From Mobula hypostoma (taxonomy: Eukaryota), in assembly GCF_963921235.1 (NCBI RefSeq), contig NC_086097.1:139254001-139318000 (forward strand): a stretch of DNA of 64,000 nucleotides, written 5' to 3'. The stretch's first letter is position 1. Every line of letters starts with the position of its first letter. Shown piece by piece: positions 12,880 through 24,148 of this stretch. The position numbers and the translations under genes were made by a program. The notes under the pieces are model-generated. The model saw only the letters and a list, made by a program, of their open reading frames with translations. It was not told where the DNA came from and made no database searches.

Positions 12880-15535
12880 GACTGCGTGTGGACTCGGCGA
12901 GGCAGCCAGTGGAAACACTGGACTCAGGTTAAAGCAGTCTCAGCATGGTCTTAAGGGCGGTATAGCCTGTTGTTAATGGATATGATCCACTGGGCTTAAC
13001 TGGCCATATAGGCGAGTTAGCAGTGGCTGCAATCTCTCTGAGTATCCCCTGATGTTTTTGTTCCTTCACTATACCCTGGACAGCTGTCAGTGTGTCAGAT
13101 TTTATAGGCTACTGCTTATGGGGTTTATACAGGTCCCCATTTATTTTAATTGTGTTTATGTTTACTTCACTACAATATTGCTTGTGTCTAGCCCACACAA
13201 CTGGGAACTGCTGGTTCCACCACAATCTTCGTGATTGGGGCAGCTGCGACTATGCTAGTCAGGTTGTGTATTCTGTTGGTTGTACCCGTTCGTTGCCCCT
13301 GACTGTCCATGTTATTTCTCCCTTTCCCAAATCGATTACGGCCCCTGCTTCCCTTAGGATGTCAATTCCAAGGATGGTGCCCTCATTATTTGGACATACC
13401 CAGAAATACACTGGAAGCTGCACTCCCCCAATTTCGAGTATTTGCGACTTGCTTCTTTCTGCTTTTCACTTTTTCCTCCCACACCCCTAATAAAAATGGC
13501 CTGTCCGGTTATTGGCAAGGGTAGGTCTGCTATTGATACCGATGCCCCTGTGTCCACTAACATACTGCATTGCCCGCCCCCCCAACAATGCTGTTGTGTA
13601 CATCTGTGGGTCACCAGCGCTGGCAGTGGGGCTTGCCGCCACATCGTTTTCCTGTCCTAGGAGCCATCTTTTCTAGCTCTATAATCTGATCGGCAGCCAG
13701 ATTGTTCAGACTGGGCACCGGTGGGGTGGGAGATTGTGTGTCTGCTGTGATGTTCACCTGTTTTTCTTCCCTCTTTTTTTTTTGGACATTGCCTCCAACC
13801 AGGTCCCAGTAGGCCACACCTGTAGCATATCAACTCCTTTACCCTCCCACGTCTATTTCAGCAGTTCCTTGCTTCATGCCCTGGTTGCCGGCAAACAAAA
13901 CACTCTCTCTGGGACATCACAGCTGCTGCATCCACTATAGTCACTTTATGATCTCTCTTGTACCTTCTTTGGTCTACCTCCCTAGCCCATGAAACTATCG
14001 CAGAGTGATTCGACCCCACTGTTATGCCTAAATCTAAAACTTCCTGGTGGGCTGAGCTCAGGCCTTCCTTCAGCATTTTCAGGAAGACTTGGTCGTCCCT
14101 CCCTGGATTATCCAACCCAGAATACTCTTCATACACTTGATATTTATGTTCTGCATAATCCATGGCTGTCTCATTAGCTTTTTGAATCATTGCCATTATC
14201 ATTCCCCAATTACTCTTACCTCCCCCCAGTCGCTGCCTCACTTCTCCTTGAAAAAAGCGATATCTTTCTTCATTGCTGGCTTTCCCAGTAGTTGCCCATG
14301 TACCATCCCGCACCCCCTGGGCAATACTGTCCCACATATTCCTCAGGCACTTCGCTTTTACCAACACGTGTATATCTTTAGGGTGTATCTGGTGAATTTC
14401 AACCATTTCCTCGAGCTTACACCAGAATTGGGAATTCCCACATGCGACTTTAAGTGAGGGCAACTCTGACAAAATGCTCTGTTTCTCCCCGGGGTGAAGG
14501 GCTTATGAATAGTTGTAATCATTGTCAAGGGCTGGCTTGGATCATCAGGGTTCTCAGCCTGACGTTTCTTGATCTCAATAGGTGCCATCGCGACATATAT
14601 ATCCGGGTAAAACCTCTCCCTGAAATACCTCCACATTAATTCCCACACTACGCAAAATACCAGTTAAACAGCACATACTTAAACCTGCAGAGTATGTACT
14701 CTGCAATCTGCCACTTTTGAGCACCTGAACTCATGATGCCTGCGGTTTTCCTTTGCACCACACTGGCAAAACGTGTACGCTAAACTGCAGCTCCCCGAAT
14801 GGTATACACGCCCCCACTCTGACGACCCGAACAGTCGGCAACTACCCTTCACAACTGGTGGCTCCGTCTGAGCAAATTAACACTCAAAGTTTCCTTGCTT
14901 ACATAAACACACATGCACACGCACACACTACTTTTATATCTACCAGTTCAGCTCTCTGCGTTTGTGATACTTCATGTTCCCGTGTACCACCGACCCGAAC
15001 AGATCCAAGTGTGAGTGCTATATTAGAAAATACTCACCCACTTAGAGTGCTAAGAAGGCTGGCCACACGGTTGGTCAGAAAGGTATCCCACTTCTGACAC
15101 AAGATGTTGTTACGTGAATGAAATCGCCGGAGAAAATTACTGGTAGATACAAAGCAGCTTCTTTGTTCGACAAAACAAGGTACAGCTGGCATCATACGGA
15201 GACGCTTTCAGTGTTAAGGTCTGCTGGCCCAACCTGGGGCTTGATATTAATTTGCTAAACACAAAGGACAATTCCATATTTACAAAGTATAGACAATGCT
15301 TCCTTTTGAAGCTACATGCAAACTTCACACCTTCTGGTTCGCATCCATCCCACAGATGCCAGCAGCATCTGGACTGGGATTCACAGCATTTAGGAAATGC
15401 ATTGTTCCAAATTAAATCCACAATACATTGTCAAGGAACAGAAGACTGGTAGCCAAAGCCATTTGCTAAATGTAAATGACCTAAACCCCAAAAAATCACT
15501 CTAACAGGCCCCTAGTTTTTGCATGGGTCTGTAAT
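12880..15535 (-). mobile_element. decayed, 3'-truncated ERV-like LTR retroelement (putative 5' LTR, PBS, gag, protease, start of RT)
   Basis: gag-like ORF 13858..14472 ending in CCHC knuckle CFVCRQPGHEARNC; protease LVDTGASVS..IRGVGG (13354..13644); RT start GILREIAATANSPIWPVKPSGSY (~12960-13050) preceded by an in-frame stop; LTR extent ~15105-15535 is uncertain. Confidence 0.85.
15085..15102 (-). promoter_or_regulatory. primer binding site, tRNA-Leu type
   Basis: Minus strand TTGTGTCAGAAGTGGGAT matches 17/18 to TGGTGTCAGAAGTGGGAT and lies just downstream of a putative LTR end (...aaca). Confidence 0.75.
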
Positions 15536-15614
15536 GGTTGGGCTATCATGCAGTGAAGGAGCAAGCAAGTTGTGTTATATCAGTGTGGGAGAGGTCCACC
15601 CACAGGTCTGAATT

Positions 15615-16262
15615 CAGTCAGTTCACTCAGCCCAACCATCCTGAGCAGCTGCATCACAGCCTGGTTTGGAAATTGTACCATCTCGGATTGCAAGACCCTG
15701 CAGCGGATAGTGAGGTCAGCTGAGAAGATCATTGGGGTCTCTCTTCCCGCCATCACAGACATCTACACCACACGCTGCATCGGCAAAGCAAACAGCATAA
15801 TGAAGGACCCCAGGCACCCCTCATATAAACTCTTCTCCCTCCTGAAATCTGGAAAAAGGCACCGAAGCATTCGGGCTCTCACGACAAGACTATATAACAG
15901 TTTCTTCCCCCAAGCCATCAGACTCCTCAATGCCCAGAGCCTGGCTTGACACCAACGTACTATACCCTCTACTGTGCCTACTGTCTTGTTTATTATTTAT
16001 TATTATTTATTGTAATGCCTGCAATGTTTTGTGCACTTTTTGCAGTCCTGGATAGGTCTGTAGTCTAGTGTAGTTTTTGTGGGGTTTTTTCTTGCGTAGT
16101 TCAGTGTAGTTTTTGTGGGTTTTTTTCTTGCGTAGTTCAGTGTAGTTTTTGTGTTGTTTCATGTAGCACCATGGTCCTGGAAAACATTGTATCATTTTTA
16201 CTATGTTCTGTACCAGCAGTTATGGTTGAAATGACAATAAAAAGTGACCTGACTTGACTTGA
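15615..16262 (+). mobile_element. Rex1/Babar-type non-LTR retrotransposon 3' end
   Basis: ILSSCITAWFGNC...LQRIVRSAEKIIG...NSFFPQAIRLLN; 3' UTR with an internal tandem duplication and aataaa(gactt)n tail. Confidence 0.85.
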
Positions 16263-16778
16263 TAAGTGCTGATCATAAATGTTTCTCAGCTCTCTCAACG
16301 GTAGCTGAACTGTTCCCCACTGCACCCCCTGTCACTTTGGAGAACCCTCTCCCAAGTGGGCTGTACTCCGAGGCTGGAGAGCAGTCAGCATCTTTACAAA
16401 GTGAGCCACCCAGCAAGGATCATTCGATATTGGACTGCACTAACAAAGCTAAGTTGTCATCTCCAGTCGTGGTCACTCTGTCACTCCAGGGTGAGGGTTC
16501 AGTCCTCGCTCTGGAGTGATGCTGAAATCACTGCCTTGCACCAGTGTATCTCAGTAGTCCTGGATAAAGAGGATTTCATTGTATCAGGAAAAGTGAGTTG
16601 TTTGGCAATTGGTTTTTACAAACATTTTGCAAACTAGTGCCAAACTAGATTCTGGCAATGTGTATTTTATGGAGACAGAATGGAAGCAAATTATAATCTA
16701 GTATTCATTTGTTGAAACACTTTGTACAAGATCATCTGGCAGGATTTGATTTAACACCCTTTTATCTTGCAATTTTAG

Positions 16779-16914
16779 GTTGTAACCCTGGAGAACTGGA
16801 CAATAGGAAGAGCGGTCAGTGAGGTTCAGCAGGTCACCATCACCAGTCCTTGCTGGGACTCTGACTCCTGCTCATTCCACTGGTTTCGGCTCATCTACAA
16901 CCAGGAGCTCACAG
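16779..16914 (+). CDS. PKHD1L1: exon 6
   Basis: tag|GTT...ACAG|gtatgc; VVTLENWTIGRAVSEVQQVTITSPCWDSDSCSFHWFRLIYNQELT; phase 0-1. Confidence 0.9.
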
Positions 16915-18328
16915 GTATGCCAGCAGGAACGTTCAAGTGAGAACTAGAAAAATTGTGGAAAAGGAATAATTACGAGACTCTAGGGATGGGGAAGTTATTT
17001 CAATAAATCAATACCTTTAGTGGAGGAGGGTATTCAGCCCATTGAATATGTCTCCTCTTTCAGAGAGTAACACAGCTAATCCAACTCAGCAGCTTTCTCC
17101 AAGTCCCTGCAAATTGTTCTCCATTGTGTATCTGTTTTTGTAGGTTACAAATGAACTAGAAGCAGCCCACAGTCAGGTAAATCATTCCAAAGGTGAGCCC
17201 CTGTGATCCTCATTTTTAAATTCATCCCTGTTTGGAGTTAACTGTCTTGCTTGGAACAGTGTAACCATCGTCACATTGAGCTAGATATTATTGGGGTCCA
17301 GTTGGACTCTCCCACCAGCAACCTCCAGAATATGTCTTTGTGCATTTTTATAGAAGAAGTCCAGTGAAACGCCCATAGTTGTTTCTCTGATATCTGGGGT
17401 TTAACTATTTCCTATCCAGATTCTGGTCCAAATTAATCCTTTTACATCTGTATGACCTTGCCAGTAAGCATTGTCAAATGCTTCCAACTGTTAATGTCAC
17501 TGTTAATAGATCAAATCCTAAATAATTGCATAATTACTGAGGACAAATTATAGAGACTGTAGATTTCAAATGATGCATTGATTAGCTATCCTCTGGTCAT
17601 GTTGTGGTGGTAATCAATAGACCCATCTCAATTTCATTGCCCATATTTAAGGACTCTTGTGGCAGGTACTGGAGGCTGCACTCCACATGTCTGGCTCTCT
17701 GATAGAAGTTGTGGGTACAGTATTCTAACCCAACACGTGAATTAGTGTCTCTCTTGTATATGTGTTGTATAAGCAGGTTTACTTATAGACTGGGGGAGCA
17801 GGGCAGTATTCACCCCATGTCCTGCTCACTAATCAGCCTCCAGTCATGCCCATTTGGTCATAGCTAAAATATAATCTGGGTCAGGCAGCGACTGCGATGA
17901 GTGAAACAGATTCAGGTTGGTGGGCTTTCGTCAGAAGTTGTGACCTTTCTGGACGTGCTGTTTTGGGTCACTCTGTTTCTTTCACCACAGATGCTGAGTA
18001 TCTCCACGTTTCCTGTCTAATTCAGATTTCCAGTGGTTGCAGAGTTTTTAATTTCTGTATCTAGTCACAGATCCCTTTCATCCTTTGTGAAAACTTGCGC
18101 TGTACGAGTTGTCATATTTGCCAGAACAACACCTGAAAGTGATTTGTGTGTTGTGACGTGCTTTGGGATGTTCTGGAAATATGAATAAATGGTCATTTTT
18201 TTTCTTTACATATGCTGAGTGTAACAATGCCTTTCCTTGAACAAGATTTAGGTCAGGGACAATGGTTTGGGGATCATTTCCTTACTTTGAGTTATTGACT
18301 CTTGACTATTCCCCACCCACCCCCCCAG

Positions 18329-18472
18329 GACTTCTTCCCACAGATGCTTCGGGTGAACAGATTGAGCAGGCTTTAAATGATCTGTGGTCGATTAAACCTG
18401 ATACAGTGAAAGTGTCAAGCACAGCAATCAGCCAGGGCTTTGCCCACACAGTGACTTTCATCTCCACAAGAG
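18329..18472 (+). CDS. PKHD1L1: exon 7
   Basis: cag|GA...AGAG|gtaaac; LLPTDASGEQIEQALNDLWSIKPDTVKV...VTFISTRG; phase 1-1. Confidence 0.92.
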
Positions 18473-19007
18473 GTAAACAATGCTTCAACATGCACAAGCG
18501 TTCTCGGCGGTGAGTAAACTGGCCCAGCCCGGCTGACAAATCTCTTGCCCACTCCTCGTTGAGAACACTCCCGTGTTGGCTGAGAGGTATTGTCCTGGAA
18601 GCATCCCTCATCCTGCCCACCTCCTCCAACCTAAAGCTGCTTTGCTCCCAGGTCTGAGTGACCACCTTCCCCTCGAACTAATTTATGACCATGTCCACAA
18701 ACACACTCATGCACCACACATCCATACATTTACGTGCACGTAAACATATATTGACACTGGTCCAACACAGCCACAGCACACGCATGGATGCATGCACAAA
18801 CATATTCCTGCTCCACATACCCTTCCCTACACTCATGCCCACACAGGCACAAATACACATCTCTATACATGGGCACACACAGTCGTTTACACACCTCTAA
18901 TTCTGTGCACTCATACTTCTACAGGGAGAATGCAGAGCAGTGGAATCCAATCAATGTTAAGGAATCTCTTGCCTCTTTAACATTGCTTTCTCATTGTTCC
19001 TGTGAAG

Positions 19008-19165
19008 GGGATTTTGATTTACTCCAGCACGAGGCGTTGGTAGGAAGCAAAATCACCATCGAAGTGGTGGAGCAAGTCAAGGGGAGACCCAGTATGGACA
19101 CTTTCACACTGAGGCTGGACGGGATCAATTCCAGGCCCCTTCCAAGTGCAGCTACTGCTGATGAG
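19008..19165 (+). CDS. PKHD1L1: exon 8
   Basis: aag|GG...GAG|gtgcgt; DFDLLQHE...KGRPSMDTFTLRLDGINSRPLPSAATADE; phase 1-0. Confidence 0.9.
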
Positions 19166-19612
19166 GTGCGTCACATCTCGTTCAGTACACTTGTATTTGT
19201 CTGTGTATTATTCCACTGCGGTCGTTGCTATGGAAGAGATCTGCCATGTGGGGAAGTGGGAACACAGGCTTGGACTGACTGGGTACAGAGTGGAGATTTT
19301 CATAGGAGGTTAACATATCGCTTACCAACCAATATAACTCGTGCTGCAAATAGCGAAAATTTGGAAATCATGGCAGTCCCATCCTTTGTCCTAATTATTG
19401 GACAATTGTATGTGGTAACAGCCAACACCTTAAAGCTCATTTTGAATTTGGTCACCAGTGTGTGCATTTGTGAAGAACTAAACCAGGTTTTTTTGGAAAT
19501 AACTTGCCTGAAATGATGTGGTAACTATGTATACTCAGAAAAGAAGCAGAGAGACTAAGGGTGGTTTGCCAATAGGTCAAGGAAAGGAGTTTCATCAGTC
19601 TCTTCCCCACAG

Positions 19613-19717
19613 GTGAAAGCTGCGTTAGAAGGACTGGTGGGTGTGAAGTGTCCTGAACACATTGCTGGCTATAGCAGTGGGTATGCAGTCAAGTACTTTG
19701 ATGATTTTGAAGATGGG
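19613..19717 (+). CDS. PKHD1L1: exon 9
   Basis: cag|GTG...GGG|gtacgt; VKAALEGLVGVKCPEHIAGYSSGYAVKYFDDFEDG; phase 0-0. Confidence 0.88.
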
Positions 19718-19992
19718 GTACGTATCCTAATAAGAATCATCAGCCAATCGAATTGCACTTTCAGTAAGTTTCACTTCATGCTGAACATAACTTTCTTGTA
19801 GTTTCCAGGCAGAATACTGGTCTCTTAGTCCCAGAGTTGTGTGTTTGTGTGAGGCACAGCTTGCCTGGTCAGGAAAGCAGGTGAATCTCCCAACAAACAA
19901 CAGGAATTCTGCAGATGCTGGAAATTCAAGCAACATACATCAAAGTTGCTGGTGAACACAGCAGGCCAGGCAGCATCTATAGGAAGAGGCGC

Positions 19993-20028
19993 AGTTGACG
20001 TTTCAGGCCGAGACCCTTCGTCAGGACT
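19993..20028 (-). ncRNA. second minimal hammerhead copy (stem I mismatch)
   Basis: Reverse complement reads agtcctgacgaagggtctcggcctgaaacgtcaact. Confidence 0.7.
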
Positions 20029-22510
20029 AACTGAAGGAAGAGTGAGTAAGGGATTTGAAAGCTGGAGGGGGAGGGGGAGATGCAAAATGATAAGAGAAGA
20101 CAGGAGGGGGAGGGATGGAGCCGAGAGCTGGACAGGTGATAGGCAGAAGGGGATACGAGAGGATCATGGGACAGGAGGTCCGGGAAGAAAGACGGGGGGG
20201 GGGGTGACCCAGAGGATGGGCAAGAAGTATATTCAGAGGGACAGAGGGAGAAAAAGGAGAGTGAGAGAAAGAATGTGTGCATTAAAAAGAGTAACAGATG
20301 GGGTACGAGGGGGAGGTGGGGCCTAGCGGAAGTTAGAGAAGTCAATGTTCATGCCATCAGGTTGGAGGCTACCCAGACGGAATATAAGGTGTTGTTCCTC
20401 CAACCTGAGTGTGGCTTCATCTTTACAGTAGAGGAGGCCGTGGATAGACATGTCAGAATGGGAATGGGATGTGGAATTAAAATGTGTGGCCACTGGGAGA
20501 TCCTGCTTTCTCTGGCGGACAGAGCGTAGATGTTCAGCAAAGCGGTCTCCCAGTCTGCGTCGGGTCTCACCAATATATAAAAGGCCACATCGGGAGCACC
20601 GGACGCAGTATATCACCCCAGTCGACTCACAGGTGAAGTGATGCCTCACCTGGAAGGACTGTTTGGGGCCCTGAATGGTGGTAAGGGAGGAAGTGTAAGG
20701 GCATGTGTAGCACTTGTTCCGCTTACACGGATAAGTGCCAGGAGGGAGATCAGTGGGGAGGGATGGGGGGGACGAATGGACAAGGGAGTTGTGTAGGGAG
20801 CGATCCCTGCGGAATGCAGAGAGAGGGGGGGAGGGAAAGATATGCTTAGTGGTGGGATTCCATTGGAGGTGGCGGAAGTTACGGAGAATAATATGTTGGA
20901 CCCGGAGGCTGGTGGGGTGGTAGGTGAGGACCAGGGGAACCCTATTCCTAGTGGGGTGGCGGGAGGATGGAGTGAGAGCAGATGTACGTGAAATGGGGGA
21001 GATGCGTTTAAGAGCAGAGTTGATAGTGGAGGAAGGGAAGCCCCTTTCTTTAAAAAAGGAAGACATCTCCCTCGTCCTAGAATGAAAAGCCTCATCCTGA
21101 GAGCAGATGCGGCAGAGACGGAGGAATTGCGAGAAGGGGATGGCGTTTTTGCAAGAGACAGGGTGAGAAGAGGAATAGTCCAGATAGTTGTGAGAGTCAG
21201 TAGGCTTATAGTAGACATCAGTGGATAAGCTGTCTCCAGAGACAGAGACAGAAAGATCTAGAAAGGGGAGGGAGGTGTCAGAAATGCACCAGGTAAACTT
21301 GAGGGCAGGGTGAAAGTTGGAGGCAAAGTTAATAAAGTCAACGAGTTCTGCATGCGTGCAGGAAGCAGCGCCAATGCAGTCGTCGATGTAGCGAAGGAAA
21401 AGTGGGGGACAGATACCAGAATAGGCACGGAACATAGATTGTTCCACAAACCCAACAAAAAGGCAGGCATAGCTAGGACCCATACGGGTGCCCATAGCTA
21501 CACCTTTAGTTTGGAGGAAATGGGAGGAGCAAAAGGAGAAATTATTAAGAGTAAGGACTAATTCTGCTAGACGGAGCAGAGTGGTGGTAGAGGGGAACTG
21601 ATTAGGTCTGGAATCCAAAAAGAAGCGTAGAGCTTTGAGACCTTCCTGATGGGGGATGGAAGTATATAGGGACTGGACATCCAAGGTGAAAATAAAGCGG
21701 TGGGGGCCAGGGAACTTAAAATCATCGAAAAGTTTAAGAGCGTGAGAAGTGTCACGAACATAGGTCGGAAGGGATTGAACAAGGGGTGATAAAACAGTGT
21801 CGAGGTATGCAGAAACGAGTTCGGTGGGGCAGGAGCAAGCTGAGACAATAGGTCGGCCAGGACAGGCAGGTTTGTGGATCTTGGGTAGGAGGTAGAAACG
21901 GGAAGTGCGGGGTGTGGGAACTATAAGGTTGGTAGCAGTGGATGGGAGATCCCCTGAGCGGATAAAGTTGTTGATAGTGTGGGAGACAATGGCCTGGTGC
22001 TCCTTAGTGGGGTCACGATCGAGGGGTAAATAAGAGGAGGTATCCGCGAGTTGTCGCTGTGCCTCGGCAAGGTAGAGGTCAGTACGCCAGACTACAACAG
22101 CACCCCCCTTATCAGCGGGTTTAATAATAATGTTAGGATTAGTGCGGAGGGAGTGGAGAGCAGAGCGTTCCGAAGGAGTGAGGTTGGCATGAACATTGAC
22201 TTCTCTAACTTCCGCTAGGCCCCACCTCCCCCTCGTACCCCATCTGTTACTCTTTTTAATGCACACATTCTTTCTCTCACTCTCCTTTTTCTCCCTCTGT
22301 CCCTCTGAATATACTTCTTGCCCATCCTCTGGGTCACCCCCCCCCGTCTTTCTTCCCGGACCTCCTGTCCCATGATCCTCTCGTATCCCCTTCTGCCTAT
22401 CACCTGTCCAGCTCTCGGCTCCATCCCTCCCCCTCCTGTCTTCTCCTATCATTTTGCATCTCCCCCTCCCCCTCCAGCTTTCAAATCCCTTACTCACTCT
22501 TCCTTCAGTT

Positions 22511-22546
22511 AGTCCTGACGAAGGGTCTCGGCCTGAAACGTCGACT
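22511..22546 (+). ncRNA. minimal type I hammerhead ribozyme (Penelope-associated)
   Basis: agtc CTGACGA AGG-gtctcgg-CCT GAAA CG TC gact: intact core, stem II, palindromic minimal stem III, GUC site and stem I agtc/gact. Confidence 0.8.
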
Positions 22547-22884
22547 GCGCCTCTTCCTATAGATGCTGCCTGGCCTGCTGCGTTCACCAGCAACTTTGAT
22601 GTATGTTGCTTGAATCTCCCAACAAGTGCACCACACACAGAAGACAACACCACCGACATGGTCTGGAGTTCAAGTTGGCACAGAGTAGCCAAGGACAGCA
22701 TGCTCTTAGATGGCTGGATCTTCACCATAGCTAGCAGCCCCCAAGGCTGACGTCACCCTTTCTCCCGGGCCTGACCCGATTCTACCCAAGGCCTGAACAT
22801 TTATCCCCACCAACTTTGAATCCACATGCTCCAGATTCTCACCCTGGTCAGTTAATAGAATATAATCTGCTCTTCCCCTTGCAG

Positions 22885-23019
22885 GGCTACAGCTATCATA
22901 GTGGCCAGGTGACGGTGGAGACTGATGCCTTCTGCGGACGACACTCTGTCAAAAACCCGTATTATCTGTTTGACTTTGCTCAATCCCATCGGCCTGTCCT
23001 GTTAAACACCTACAATCAG
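22885..23019 (+). CDS. PKHD1L1: exon 10
   Basis: cag|GGC...CAG|gtgaga; GYSYHSGQVTVETDAFCGRHSVKNPYYLF...TYNQ; phase 0-0. Confidence 0.9.
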
Positions 23020-24026
23020 GTGAGACCACAGCTACTTTATCTCCTTCCATTTGATTTGTAGAGCTTCAAAATCATTGGTCCTTGGTAGTGTGAGGGTTCA
23101 GCCCAGTTTAGGAGCAGGTCATGCTGCTCCTTTCTGCTCTGTCATTTCCTAATGTCATGGTTGATCTCAATAACTCTTCTCTCCCACACTGTCCCTATAC
23201 CATTGATCCATTTAACAAATGAGAACAAATAGCATCTGGGATAGGAATCACATTGATATGCTGCCATGTGAACATAGAAATTTCTCCTCATCAGCATCTT
23301 AAATCCGCCATTCCAAGATCTCCAGCTAGGCTTAATGTCTTCTCATCTTCTACCCTTCTGAGAAGATTGCACATCAGCAAAATGATTCCAAACTCCACAG
23401 TAATTGGATTCATTTTATGTTTAATATATTGTAGCCTGACTAAGTAGTTCTGTGTTTTGTCTGCTGGAATACACTGAATTCTTGGAAACTGGGTCACTGT
23501 TTACTCTGTAACTGGATTCCTAATAATTGCTGAGGAGTTGAGATCATCTCTTGTAAACACCCCATCAGTGTTTGGTATCCAGTCTCTCACATGGAGAAAA
23601 ATGTAAGTGCCATGGGGAAGGGCAAGGACTGGAGAAGAAGAAAGGAGTTTGAGAGAAATGGAGGAAAATTCTGAGCCAGAATTGATGTTTCAGGCTCTTA
23701 CTTCACACTCTTGTTGAAGATAATTCCCCTTCTGCCAGTGTTCTAAAGAGATTAGAAAGGTATTCAGCTGTAGCTCTGAACTAGGGTCAATGTGGATGTA
23801 TTTCCAAAGGAAAAATTTCAAGACTCTGCAGTTAAATGCTTGCAAACTATGTATGATTTTAAATATGAATTAATTTAATCAGGTGACAGATCTATATTCT
23901 ACTCTAGGGTTAAGTCCCAATTACCAGATGCACATAGTAATTTATTTCACATTTAAAAAGCAGATTCTGAGATAAGAAATAGCAAAAATAGAAGTGTAGC
24001 TAATGTGAGTTTAACTATGCTTTCAG

Positions 24027-24148
24027 CTTTGTTTTGCATACAAAGGAATCTTGAGAAATTATATTTGGCTCTCATTGAGTTATGAAGAAGAAAGCAAAAC
24101 ACTAACCAAATATTTTTTGGTATCGTACAGCTTTGCTCAGGGGAATCA
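24027..24148 (+). CDS. PKHD1L1: exon 11
   Basis: cag|CTT...AATCA|gtaagt; LCFAYKGILRNYIWLSLSYEE...YSFAQGN; phase 0-2. Confidence 0.9.

Larger units (their letters stand above)
19897..22610 (-). mobile_element. young Penelope-like element (RT + GIY-YIG), 5'-truncated, with inverted terminal arms
   Basis: Open ORF ~20323..22187 with PADKGGAVVV, GVAMGT, RYIDD and YCVRCSRCGLLYIGET..RFAEH; 15-bp TSD tgaatctcccaacaa at 19882-19896 and 22611-22625. Confidence 0.96.
19924..22615. repeat. ~430-bp inverted repeat (19924-20356 vs 22185-22615)
   Basis: Arms are reverse complements; by eye 3 substitutions plus a G-run length difference. Confidence 0.95.

Noticed and set aside
22188..22728. N-terminal ~180 aa of the 801-aa minus-strand ORF as a novel domain fused to RT
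   Set aside because: It is read-through of the inverted arm and flanking intron; nearly the same peptide appears in the + strand ORFs at 19946 and 20275. The PLE protein proper starts near NLTPSERSAL.
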